Positions 30,101 through 39,047 of a stretch of 64,000 nt of DNA are shown here, in pieces (within the stretch, counting starts at the first letter, position 1; every line of letters starts with the position of its first letter). Under the pieces are notes generated by a model. That model was given only the letters and a program-made list of their open reading frames with translations, was not told where the DNA came from and did not search any database. The stretch comes from Octopus vulgaris (taxonomy: Eukaryota), in the NCBI GenBank assembly GCA_951406725.2, contig OX597814.1, forward strand, positions 174,344,001 through 174,408,000, given 5' to 3'. The position numbers were made by a program, and so were the translations under genes.

Positions 30101-33052
30101 TAAACATTTCAGCTGAAAGATGAATATTTTTTCTGAATTGACTTATATAAAAATGAACTTCAGAGCAAACATTTAAAGTTAAAGAACTTCAGAGCAAACA
30201 TCATGTGTAATATTTTACTTGGAGGTGGAGGAAAACCCTGAAAATTTGAAACTGTTAAGATAAATTCTCTACTAACAAATTATTATTATCTCCAAATTGT
30301 TATCTGTTTATTGTAATGACTTTCTCCAGTATCTTTACCAAACTTCTGCAGGTCTAGAATATGACAGATCTACATTATAGCAATTTCTCTTTGGAGACTA
30401 GCACTTGAGACATTGCTTTCCCAAATATTTATTTATGTCTATACAATTCCAGATATTTTATTTGAGAATTAGCAAGCTCAGTTTTGCTTTGTTTCATATT
30501 TGTTTTTTATATTTTAATCCATACCCACAATTAGGAATACTTTTATATTTCAGTTTTTGCATAGTTTCATAGACGTCTTTAAAGAATAAAACAAATATTA
30601 TGTAGCATGATAAAATGGACTAAACTGTAATTTTTGAAATGATAGGATTCCCTGTCAATTTCAGCAATGAGCAATCAGTTGTTCAACCAACTGAATTCTT
30701 GCTTGTAAAATTAACATATAAACGGTAGAGTATTTCTCGGACACATATAACTATAACTCAGTTCTCAAGTCACATCAGCATGACACATTGTGACAAAGTT
30801 GGACCTTATAGTAACAAATTGACCCTTGTGCTGGACTGGTATTTTATTTGTCAAACACAAAAAGATGAAAGGCAAGGTTGATCTCTGTGGAATTTAAACT
30901 CAGAGCTAAGAGGGCCAGAATGAATATTGTAAGGCATTCTATCTGATGCTGTAATGAATCTACCAATTCTTCACCTTTTAGCTTTTGCAATTATCCAAAT
31001 ACCAACAGTATATTTTCCATGCGTTGATATAGATATAGATATATATATTATATTATATCATATCTTTATAATCATTAATGCCCCTGCACACTTTCACAAC
31101 CTTTTTTTCCTCTTTAAATGCCATCCTCACTCACATATTCCTCAAATGTTTTCCTTTCTCAGTAAGCCATAACAAAATTATAGTCCAGATTTATCTTCTT
31201 GCTTTCATAATAATTGTTTGTCATTCTTATTCAAATATTGTTTCGTGTTTTCCTTCACTTATTAATGTCATTTTCTGGCACAATGTCCAATGTATTACGT
31301 AGTCTTGCTTTTTTTATTAGACACATTTTTGCATGCACATTTCCAGGAATCGCTGCATTTTACTGGGTTCGTGGAAAGATTCCTTTTATCCCAGGAACCG
31401 TAATTCCACGGTTTAACTATTACTTATCTCCAGTTACTGTGAGTATACTCTTGTTTCACTCTTAAAAATCATCTGTATGATTTCTGTGCTCCCTACATAA
31501 ACTATATTTGTTATGTTAAGTTTTATATTGTATTGCAATATTTTCTGTTTCTTTTAAAGCTGTTAATCATGTAAAAATTATATAAAAAAAAGTTACTTCT
31601 GTTTAAATATATTTTAATAAATTAGTAAACAGCTACAACAACTATACTGTTTAAGAATGTCTCTATTATAAAAAGTTAATCGTTCAAATGTTTTTTTGTG
31701 AAAGCTGTAAGCTGTTATTTCATGAAAATTATATTAGAAAAGAGTTGTGGTTATTATTTTCACCAGTTGATAATACAGTTCACAACTCTTCATAATATAT
31801 ATATTAATGAAATGAATGTATTTTAACTGAATGAAATCGATTTTTAAATTTACAGAAAATTAATTTCATATTGAAACTTTCTATGCATTAGTTGAAATAT
31901 TTGACTGTTCTCTAAGCTGTTCATACACAATGTGAAGTACCTTTCTTATAATTGATGTATTGCAGGGAAACTGAGCTAAGTAAATCTAATTGATTATTCA
32001 TTTTTTAAATTTATTAATACCCTGCAGAAAATACCATAATACAGTTAAAATATAAACTTTTCACTGTAAAATATATAATTAGAATAGATAGTATTGAATT
32101 GAACAGTGCCATTATATGTATATTGATATATAATTGCTGGGTTTTAAGATTGTACAGCTGATTTTAGTTACTGGAAATTTGTGTGAGCCAGCTGATAACA
32201 GAAATATGATTTTTGTCCAGTGATTTCGATGAGTATCTATCTTCAAGACTTGCTCTGGAAGAAAATGAGGTGGGAGTGAATTAACTTTTGTAATTTGCTG
32301 GAAAAATACATAGATAAACTATTTTGTTGTTTCTGTTTCATTCTCCTCAAGTGAAGGAAATAATTGAATTGATTGTATTGTTTCCATTTCAGGTGATAGT
32401 TATCGGGTCGTACTTCATTGCAGACTGCTTCTTCTGTGTTTATGAGATGGCTGTTGACACTATTTTCCTCTGTTTCAGTAAGTTGATTCTCACTATTTTT
32501 TAATGGACCTTCGAACATGATACATAATATTAACATACAATAGAAGGTAAAGCTGAAATGACCCAAGTGGGTAGCTAGACATTAAAGACGTTGGCCAAAA
32601 TAAGCAGGAGGGAAGACAGTGCTGGTTGGCATGTAATACAAATAGATAGGTTTTGGGTGAAAATCGTACCATATTCTGACTGGAAAACAAATGAAGAAGA
32701 GGTATACTGTTGAAAGACATAGAAAGAAGTAATAAGGTCATATTTCAGGATGCTGTACTTCAGATGTAAGATGACAAAATATCAAAATAGTGGCAATATG
32801 CTGTAAAGCAGATCTAATTCCTGTTGGAATAGAGAAACAAGTCATATATTATACTCTCTTACTTGTTTCAGTCATTTGACTGCGGCCATGCTGGAGCACC
32901 GCCTTTAGTCAAGCAAATCGACCCCAGGACTTATTCTTTGTAAGCCTAGTACTTATTCTATCAGATTCCTTTGCAGAACTACTAAATTACGAGGACGTAA
33001 ACACACCAGCATCGGTTGTTAAGCGATGTTGGGGGGGACAAACACAGACATA

Positions 33053-33098
<46 letters not shown>

Positions 33099-33834
33099 TG
33101 TATACGACGGGCTTCTTGCAGTTTCCGTCTACCAAATCCACTCACAAGGCTTTGGTTGGCCCTGGTGCCATGCAGTGGGACTGAACCTGGAACCATGTGG
33201 TTGGTAAGCAAGCTACTTACCACACAGCCGCTCCTGCACCTATATATTGAAGATCAATTTTCATTGGGCTTTTAATTGCTGTTATATAAATACTTAAAAG
33301 ATTTTGATTACCTGGAAAATGGCACAAAAGCTAAAGGTACAGTGTTCAGTGATACAACAGTTAATGGTGAATACTTTCAATAAACTATTAATGAATTAAA
33401 AACCTATATGGTAGCACTAAAATGTAGTGATCATTGTTTAGTAGGACTAAGTACCTTGCCAAGTGGATTGTAAACCAGATTAGACTCTTAGTTGAAATTG
33501 TTCAAATTTCCTGATCCAGCTAAATTGTTTCTGTTGCAAAACAAACCCAAGACCTTGAACCAGTTTTTGAAATCAATTTTGTAATCAATATATGCTTAAT
33601 AATATATGTTGTACAATGTAAAATATATATATATTTATACTGTCCAACCCATGCCAGCATGGAAGGTTGATGTTAAATAATGATGATGATGATATAAGAT
33701 ATTTATTTCTCATTTCAGCTGAAGACACAGAGAGGAATGATGGCTCTCCAGATCGTCCCTATTACATGAGCACACAGCTGATGAAGATTTTGGGGAAGAA
33801 GAACAAGCTGCTTAATAGCAACAATTCAAATTAA
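3302..33834 (+). CDS. SLC44A2: Choline transporter-like protein (SLC44/CTL2-4-5 type), spliced gene, 19 exons in window, 5' end incomplete
   Basis: GT-AG exons assembled by hand with all phases consistent (1909 nt, about 635 aa, TAA at 33832-33834). Family motifs: [87 protein letters not shown]. Paralogue identity (A2/A4/A5) is not resolvable by eye. Confidence 0.93.
4129..4263 (+). CDS. SLC44A2: SLC44 exon ([13 protein letters not shown]...[11 protein letters not shown])
   Basis: tactAG acceptor, GTAAGT donor, phase 0/0. Confidence 0.92.
4356..4582 (+). mobile_element. MITE family 1 (CCCTTTAGCATT...AATGCTAAAGG TIRs)
   Basis: Terminal inverted repeats; homologous to copies at 10400, 28930 and 36730. 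Confidence 0.75.
5914..5977 (+). CDS. SLC44A2: SLC44 exon ([21 protein letters not shown])
   Basis: ttgcAG acceptor, G|GTAC donor, phase 0/1. Confidence 0.88.
6820..6955 (+). CDS. SLC44A2: SLC44 exon ([10 protein letters not shown]...NALAEAT)
   Basis: ttccAG acceptor, AG|GTAC donor; RCIP motif, phase 1/2. Confidence 0.9.
7104..7187 (+). CDS. SLC44A2: SLC44 exon ([27 protein letters not shown])
   Basis: tgtAG acceptor, GTAAGT donor, phase 2/2. Confidence 0.9.
7270..7675 (+). mobile_element. SINE family A (tRNA-like head GGAGTGGCTGTGTGGTAAG, internal (TG)n, tail GAAACAAGTAAAAGA)
   Basis: Near-identical copies at 11161, 25205 and 32853; A/B-box-like head. Confidence 0.8.
8143..8255 (+). CDS. 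SLC44A2: SLC44 exon, TM helices ([25 protein letters not shown]...)
   Basis: ttacAG acceptor, G|GTAAG donor; hydrophobic, LLRxxAxxxVW motif. Confidence 0.92.
8270..9245 (-). mobile_element. Cluster of family B-related SINEs with a nested family C SINE (8372-8641)
   Basis: Repeated CTGGTACTTATTTTA...GAAAGGCAAAGTC...TTTGAACTCAG units with (AAT)n tails. Confidence 0.65.
9701..9832 (+). CDS. SLC44A2: SLC44 exon (IYYTFNTY...[11 protein letters not shown])
   Basis: ttatAG acceptor, G|GTGAGT donor; TWLA motif. Confidence 0.92.
10199..10298 (+). CDS. SLC44A2: SLC44 exon (GIICSVIF...[10 protein letters not shown])
   Basis: tttcAG acceptor, GTAAGA donor. Confidence 0.92.
10400..10748 (+). mobile_element. 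MITE family 1 copy carrying a ~148-bp foreign insert
   Basis: Same TIRs and body as the other copies, with extra sequence at 10422-10569. Confidence 0.7.
11028..11690. mobile_element. Nested family A SINEs: + head (11028-11160), complete - copy (11161-11545), + tail remnant (~11640-11690)
   Basis: Direct comparison with 7270-7675. Confidence 0.75.
12796..13215 (+). mobile_element. SINE family B (head GGCGGCGAGCTGGCAGAA; core GCCTTTCATCCTTTCGGGGTCAATAAATTAAGTACC) with tandem duplication
   Basis: ~185-bp unit repeated (about 12845-13029 and 13030-13215); single-unit copy at 38809. Confidence 0.8.
14289..15003 (-). mobile_element. 5'-truncated RTE LINE (3' end of ORF, 3' UTR, tail)
   Basis: RLRWYGHV...GRGRPKKTW on - strand; (CAT)n tail at 14289. 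Confidence 0.85.
15192..15284 (+). CDS. SLC44A2: SLC44 exon ([16 protein letters not shown]...YWITSA), followed by U12 intron
   Basis: tgtAG acceptor; donor GTATCCTTT (minor-spliceosome consensus). Confidence 0.9.
15285..15562 (+). other. U12-type (minor spliceosome) GT-AG intron, 278 nt
   Basis: 5'SS GTATCCTTT (15285-15293); branch TTCCTTAAT at 15545-15553, 9 nt upstream of the 3' splice junction; no polypyrimidine tract; splicing restores the frame (AT|A = Ile, then YLAT). Confidence 0.9.
15563..15662 (+). CDS. SLC44A2: SLC44 exon ([11 protein letters not shown]...IHCNNHN)
   Basis: U12 acceptor, GTAAGT donor; YLAT.G.P motif. Confidence 0.9.
16601..16811. repeat. Diverged inverted repeat, ~90-bp arms
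   Basis: AAGATGGAATGAACAGG...TGTTTCACAT / ATGTGAAACA...CCTGTTCATTCCATCTT. Confidence 0.85.
16954..17440 (-). mobile_element. RTE 3'-UTR-only fragment with internal duplication
   Basis: Matches the LINE 3' UTR (reverse complement); ~100-bp segment duplicated at about 17062-17165 and 17171-17275. Confidence 0.75.
17751..18087 (-). mobile_element. SINE family D (tRNA-derived head GGCGCATGGCTCAGTGGTTAGAGCG) with TSD ACACATAAATA
   Basis: A/B boxes; direct repeat at 17740-17750 and 18088-18098. Confidence 0.8.
18200..18745 (+). mobile_element. RTE 3'-UTR fragment
   Basis: GGTGGCACGTAAAAGCACCC...GGAAGGGCATCCAGC...GAT tail. Confidence 0.7.
18752..19927 (+). mobile_element. 5'-truncated RTE LINE close to the 43 kb copy
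   Basis: ORF 18826-19290 nearly identical to the C-terminus of 43443-46610; expanded 60-bp UTR repeats; GAT tail. Confidence 0.9.
20097..20146 (+). CDS. SLC44A2: SLC44 exon ([16 protein letters not shown])
   Basis: ctttAG acceptor, GTAAGT donor; phase 0/2 bridges the neighbouring exons; CxFxxY motif. Confidence 0.85.
20831..21007 (+). CDS. SLC44A2: SLC44 exon (YAVAFEV...[30 protein letters not shown])
   Basis: ctatAG acceptor, AG|GTAAC donor; conserved motifs. Confidence 0.93.
21136..22379 (+). mobile_element. Tc1-like DNA transposon, full length but frameshifted, in an SLC44 intron
   Basis: TIRs CAGGGGCTGGACAAAATA / TATTTTGTCCAGCCCCTG; transposase fragments [36 protein letters not shown]. 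Confidence 0.9.
22423..22535. repeat. Fold-back hairpin, ~53-bp arms
   Basis: AAAGTTTTGTGGGGCCTCTAACAGAA...TTCTGTTAGAGGCCCCACAAAACTTT. Confidence 0.9.
23133..23261 (+). CDS. SLC44A2: SLC44 exon ([16 protein letters not shown]...ARFMLK)
   Basis: ttttAG acceptor, GTATGT donor. Confidence 0.95.
24663..24732 (+). CDS. SLC44A2: SLC44 exon ([23 protein letters not shown])
   Basis: tttAG acceptor, CAG|GTAAAG donor. Confidence 0.95.
25205..25553 (+). mobile_element. SINE family A
   Basis: Homology to 7270-7675, with a deletion in the head. Confidence 0.8.
26188..26261 (+). CDS. SLC44A2: SLC44 exon ([24 protein letters not shown])
   Basis: ttcAG acceptor, GTAATT donor. Confidence 0.95.
27219..27289 (+). 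CDS. SLC44A2: SLC44 exon ([23 protein letters not shown])
   Basis: ttgcAG acceptor, G|GTGAGT donor; DKVTD motif. Confidence 0.95.
27590..27870 (-). mobile_element. 3' fragment of a different RTE (BovB-like) LINE
   Basis: [29 protein letters not shown]...RGRGRPR..WLDTIK. Confidence 0.8.
28930..29160 (+). mobile_element. MITE family 1, TTAA-flanked (piggyBac-like ends)
   Basis: TTAA-CCCTTTAG...CTAAAGGG-TTAA. Confidence 0.85.
31347..31438 (+). CDS. SLC44A2: SLC44 exon ([13 protein letters not shown]...FNYYLSPVT)
   Basis: ttccAG acceptor, GTGAGT donor; NYY..P motif. Confidence 0.9.
32393..32477 (+). CDS. SLC44A2: SLC44 exon ([28 protein letters not shown])
   Basis: tttcAG acceptor, GTAAGT donor. 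Confidence 0.95.
32853..33240 (-). mobile_element. SINE family A
   Basis: Reverse complement of 7270-7675. Confidence 0.8.
33719..33834 (+). CDS. SLC44A2: SLC44 terminal coding exon ([17 protein letters not shown]...NSN*)
   Basis: tttcAG acceptor; conserved C-terminal motif; TAA stop. Confidence 0.95.
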
Positions 33835-36310
33835 GCTCTTTACATTTGCTCATATAGCATTTACCATAAGAAACAAAACATTATTGCAGTTATACACCTA
33901 TTGCAGATTATCTTATGTGACTGAAGCACTCCCAGAGAAAAGCTGGAGTCGTCTTAATTTATTTCCTATCATTTCTTTTTGTTTTTTCTCGTTTTGTTTT
34001 AGTTATAAGCTAAACATTTTCTTACACACTACATTTAAAAAGAAAGTATATGAATTACTTATTTTTGCTCTTTTGTTCTAGTGAAACTAAGTTTTTACAG
34101 ATGTTAACATTCATAATTTCTGTTGCCTTTTCCATTCTAATTCATTACATATTTATTTGAGAATTTTTCTTTTTTGTCATAAACCCACATAGTTTAAAGT
34201 TCGACCTAGACTCCTTGAAATATTCATTTGATTAGTATAAAGAGGAAATTTTGTTGGTTGAGTGTTCTTTTAAAAATTTGTTAAGATTGAATGTTTCATT
34301 AACGAACATTGTTATATGTAAAGTTGAAAGAGTTATATCAGTGTTATGGAATATTGATTTATAAACGTATTCCTGTCTCTTTTTCTTATACAAAATCTGT
34401 ACTAATGTAAAAAAAAAAAAAAGAAGTAATTTCTTAGTTTGTAGAAAGATCAGTTTATAATAATTTTATTGATTGTTTTATTCTATCAAAATCTGATCAT
34501 CCATTTGATGAGTTCCTCTATTGGATTTTTATATCAACTGCTCCTGACAAAATCTTTCACTTCAAATATCACGTGAAAGTTAATTATTCATCCATTCATT
34601 GGAGTTTGCTGAATTTCCATTTCTCATTATCATCTTTATATATATATATATAATATCTTTTGATTGTCATTACATTTAACTCTATATTTTGTTTAATCAA
34701 TGTATTTCTTTATACATTAAGTAAACAAATATTTCTTTTCTTAAAAGTAAAACTGCCACTATGTTTTCTGTTTTTTTCTTGCCAACTCACTGTGAATAGA
34801 ACATGCTAACTTTAGATTGATAAAAAAAATCTGTACAATAGAATTAATGAGTTATTTTAATCCAGTTTTTTGTACTGAAACTGTAAAAAGACAAATAGAC
34901 TGGTTTTTAAATGTTTCTGTCTCATAATTTGGATTAAAGTTTTGTATTCCTGTAGATATCCATCTTTTCCCTTTGTTATCATTGCATAAGTTGAATATTA
35001 ATTTCTTACATGCTACAAAAACAACAATATTCTACAAGATATTAGTTAATTTCATAAAAAATTTCCAGCAAATGTTGCACAGTAGAGTGAGTGAGTGAAG
35101 CTGCTGACAAACCAAATCTAGTTTGGTGTTTTAATTCCCAGATAGCAAACCATCACGACCTCCTAATTTCTGCTGCTATAAAGCAAAGCGATGTTGTAAG
35201 AAATTAATATTGAAAGAGATGACTAGTTTCAGTTTTGTTTTCAAATCAAAAGATTTTTCTATCTTCTACTTTATAGAACTGACACATTTCTTAACCCACC
35301 TACCAAACTCATCTTAAGTGTTTTTATCAATTTGATGACAAGCTAATCCACGCTTGCTTAATGTTACTCAGATTTTAATTAACTGACATTATGTTATATG
35401 GATTAATTTGTATTTCCATTTGATACATATATATGCTCATAGAAAAACCATATACATCTGCTAATATTTGGTGTTTTTACACTTTGCCTTCCCATCTTTT
35501 CAAGAGATGGCTATCTCACTTGTCAAAAGTTGACCCTTTGCTAAGGGCATTTTGCTTTGTGGAGGAGTTACTATAGATTTGTGATTATCTCAGAAACTGT
35601 ACCACAAAGTAATTGAATATTTCACCAAATTGCTAACCAGTCTCCACTTTCGTTTCCAATATCATTACATTCATTCATTTAAATCTTTTTTTTTTTCCTT
35701 TCTAAATACTTCATATATTGAGATTCTGCTGCTAACTGCTCTATTTCAGCTGCTCAACCAAATGTATGAGACAGCTTGTTTAATTTCCATCATTTCTGCA
35801 AAAGCATCATTATAAAATCATTATCTGGCCTTTTCTCACAAACCATTATCTGGCCTTAACAAGCAGTGTTTAAGAAAAACTGAATTGTAAAGTGACTTTT
35901 ACTATTCAAAGTCAATATAACTTTCTATTAATTAACATTTCACTGAGATATTTCTAAATTCCACATTAGCTTAATGTATTTTTAAATGACTGGATATTCA
36001 CACTAGTTACAAATTCATTAATTAAAAAAAAAGAAACAAAGTGACAAATTTTTATCTCTGTATCAGTATTTATCAATGTTTGTTTTTCATTGTATTCTAC
36101 ATGTTCAAGAAGTTTCTCCGCAATTAGAAATGAAAAACTCTGGAAGAGATCTTGCACTTGAGATATATATAATTTAGCTGAACATTGGAAAAAATATATA
36201 TAAAGTAAAAGCAATAATTTGGTTTCAAAAGCTTTTAATCAAATATTTTTCCATTTATTTTTATGTGTGTGAATATCTTTGAATAAAGATGTCTGCATTC
36301 TTCCATGTTT
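33835..36310 (+). other. Probable long 3' UTR of SLC44 with AATAAA at 36282-36287
   Basis: About 2.4 kb of AT-rich sequence with no recognisable SINE/MITE after the stop; transposons resume just after the AATAAA. Confidence 0.4.
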
Positions 36311-36501
36311 TTGAAGTTATAAATTTTGCCCAGATTTTTTCAATGACTTGGTTATTGTTTGTTATATACTGATGGTAGTGAAATAATTCTATTATATCTC
36401 AGCATAGAGAAACAGACATGCGACACTGGTGAATGAAAGGGAGGGAATAAATGCTTGCAAAAGTATCTGCACTAAACACATTCGAAGACCAAATGATGGT
36501 A

Positions 36502-36733
36502 TTAACCCTTTTGTTACTGTATTTATTTTGAGATGCTCTGTGTTTGTTTCAATTAATTTTAAATATATAACAAAGAGTTTAGTAAAATAACTTAGTTATC
36601 ATTCAGCTAGTGTTAGGAACATAATTGTGACTAAGGTTTGATGGAAGATTTTAATTCAAAACTTATGGAAACAAGACATTTGTACTCGGAGCCAGAGCCG
36701 GTTTCAGCCGGGTTGGTAACAAAAAGGTTTTAA
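36502..36733 (+). mobile_element. MITE family 2, TTAA-flanked
   Basis: TTAA-CCCTTTTGTTAC...GTAACAAAAAGG; body homologous to 37630-37844. Confidence 0.8.
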
Positions 36734-36959
36734 CTCTTTAGTTTTCGCATTATTCTGCCAAAATTAATGCTTTTTTATCCACATTGTTTTGAACTAATTG
36801 TGCATTATCTTGTAGCGATGAGATTTTGATGAGGGAATTGTTAATTTTTAAAATGATATTGTAGGGTTGGTGGGAGAGACCAGATATGGCCAGTTTTGAC
36901 CATAAAACAGGCAGAATACTTTTGGCCGAATATGGCCGGTTTAAATGCTAAAGGGTTAA
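36730..36959 (+). mobile_element. MITE family 1, sharing a TTAA with the family 2 copy
   Basis: Body matches 28930-29160; ends AATGCTAAAGGG-TTAA. Confidence 0.8.
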
Positions 36960-37629
36960 ACCAGATGACAGATTAAGTTTAACACCTAAAACAGGTACAG
37001 TCTAACTGACAGGCTTCCACTCAGTTTCCTCATCTGACTTCTATTTAGATGGCTAGAGCTAACCTGAGAGTACTGGGGGTACAGGGCAGATATTGCCATT
37101 AGTCTGATTGACAGTTAACAAGTGTTACTTATTGCACGAGAGTTAAAGAATTTGTATTAAGAAAAGACTTCTAAAACTAAAATTAAAAAATGCTTATTCC
37201 AACAAGTGTTAAACAATACATTGATGAAACCCTTTTCACCAAACTACCTTGAATGCCCATCATATATATGTGTGTCTGTGTCTGTTTGTCCCAGTAATTT
37301 AGCAATTTGGCAAAAGAGACTGATAGAATAAGTACCAGTTTTTAAAAATAATAAGCACTGGGGTTAATTCATTAAACTAAAATTCTTCAAGGTGATGCCC
37401 CAGCATGGCCACAGTCTAATGACTGAAATATAAAAGGTAATGGTTGTATAAGTAAATGGTTAAAAGTATTTCAGACAAGAATGGGGACCTTTTTGATATA
37501 TTTCTAAGGATATGATATTTTTTCATTTCCTAGTACCAGAAACCAAAACCAGAAAGTGTAAAGTTTATTGAAAAAGGAAGTCATAGAATGTTCTGGTGTA
37601 TTAAATTCTCATTGATTTCTGTGCATATT

Positions 37630-37844
37630 TTAACCCTTTCATTACTTTGAAACCAACTCTGAGTACAAATGTCTTGTTTTCATAAGTTTTGAATTAAAAT
37701 CTTCCACCAAACCTGAGTCAAAAATTATGTTCCTAACACTAGCTTAATGGTAACTATATTATTTTACTAAATTCTTTGTTATATTTAAAGTAATTGAAAG
37801 AAATACAGAGCATCTCAAAATAAATACAATAATGAAAGGGTTAA
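37630..37844 (-). mobile_element. MITE family 2, TTAA-flanked, reverse orientation
   Basis: TTAA-CCCTTTCATTA...TAATGAAAGGG-TTAA. Confidence 0.8.
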
Positions 37845-38808
37845 ATAGACAAAACAGTTTTTTTAATGTAACACTACTCAAAGAGAAGACAAGTCTCTCA
37901 CTAATTACAAAGCGGACACTACATGAAAACTCAGTGAGTGGTTTACTCCAGTTTCACTGGCAGGAAATAGATGGGATATAATCTTCACTTCAATGTTAGG
38001 TTAATTTAATGCAGATGGGTAACTAGATTATCTCTGGAAAACGGGACCTATTCAATAAATCTAGGTGGACTGGGAACTGAACAATATATTTGCAGGAAGA
38101 AAAAAAACACTAATTATTCTGGCAGCCTCTTGAACAACATTTGTAGCACAAGTATTCTTGAAAATTATGCAGAAATTATGAAATTAATGTTTTGGGAAGT
38201 GTTTACAAGCCTATGTTTTAGAATAAACTGTGGCAAAAAACAAAATTTAATTTGGGTTTAAGGAGATGCAAAGAAATATATTGTGAAGTTTGAAGTTAAA
38301 ATCTCTCCTGCACTCTCTCGTGTTTTCCCTCTTTTTTTTTTTTTTACTTTTCAAAATATCTATATCCAGTACTAATATATATGCACGAATTGTTAGTAGA
38401 ATTTTCTATCCTACTCGGCCTCTTCATACCGCTCAAAGAAAGAAATGATGCATATTTGTGCAGATAATGTAATGATTGTCAATATATTTAAAAGTGCATA
38501 ATCCAATACAAACTTCAATTTTTCTATCTCAAGGACCAGAGAATACATGCTAACGATCCAGAACTTAGCTAAATCAGTTGACTGTTTTAACTACCAACAA
38601 TTAAATGGTGGTTAGAAGATAAAATAAATTACTCCAGAATTTCATGTCAGTGATTCTGGACATCTATTCAAATGATTTCAACCGTACTATTTCTTAAAGG
38701 AGCAAAACCTTGGAGATTATATAAAGTGCTATATTAAAAGCACCCAGCACACACTGTAAAGCAGTTGGCATTAGGAAGGGTATCCAACCATAGCAACTAA
38801 GCTAGAAA

Positions 38809-39047
38809 AGGCGGCGAGCTTGCAGAATTGTTAGCACGCCGGGCGAAATGCTTAGCGGTATTTCGCCTGTTGTTACGTTCTGAGTTCAAATTCTGCCTAG
38901 GTCAACTTTTAACCTTTCATCCTTTCGGGGTTGATAAATTAAGTACCAGTTATGCACTGGGGTCAATCTAATCGACTTACTCCCTTTGTCTGTCCTTGTT
39001 TGTCCTCTCTTTGTTTAGCCCCTTGTGAGTAATAAAGAAATAAGAAA
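38809..39047 (+). mobile_element. SINE family B with TSD AACTAAGCTAGAA
   Basis: Full-length copy; flanking direct repeat aactaagctagaa on both sides. Confidence 0.8.
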
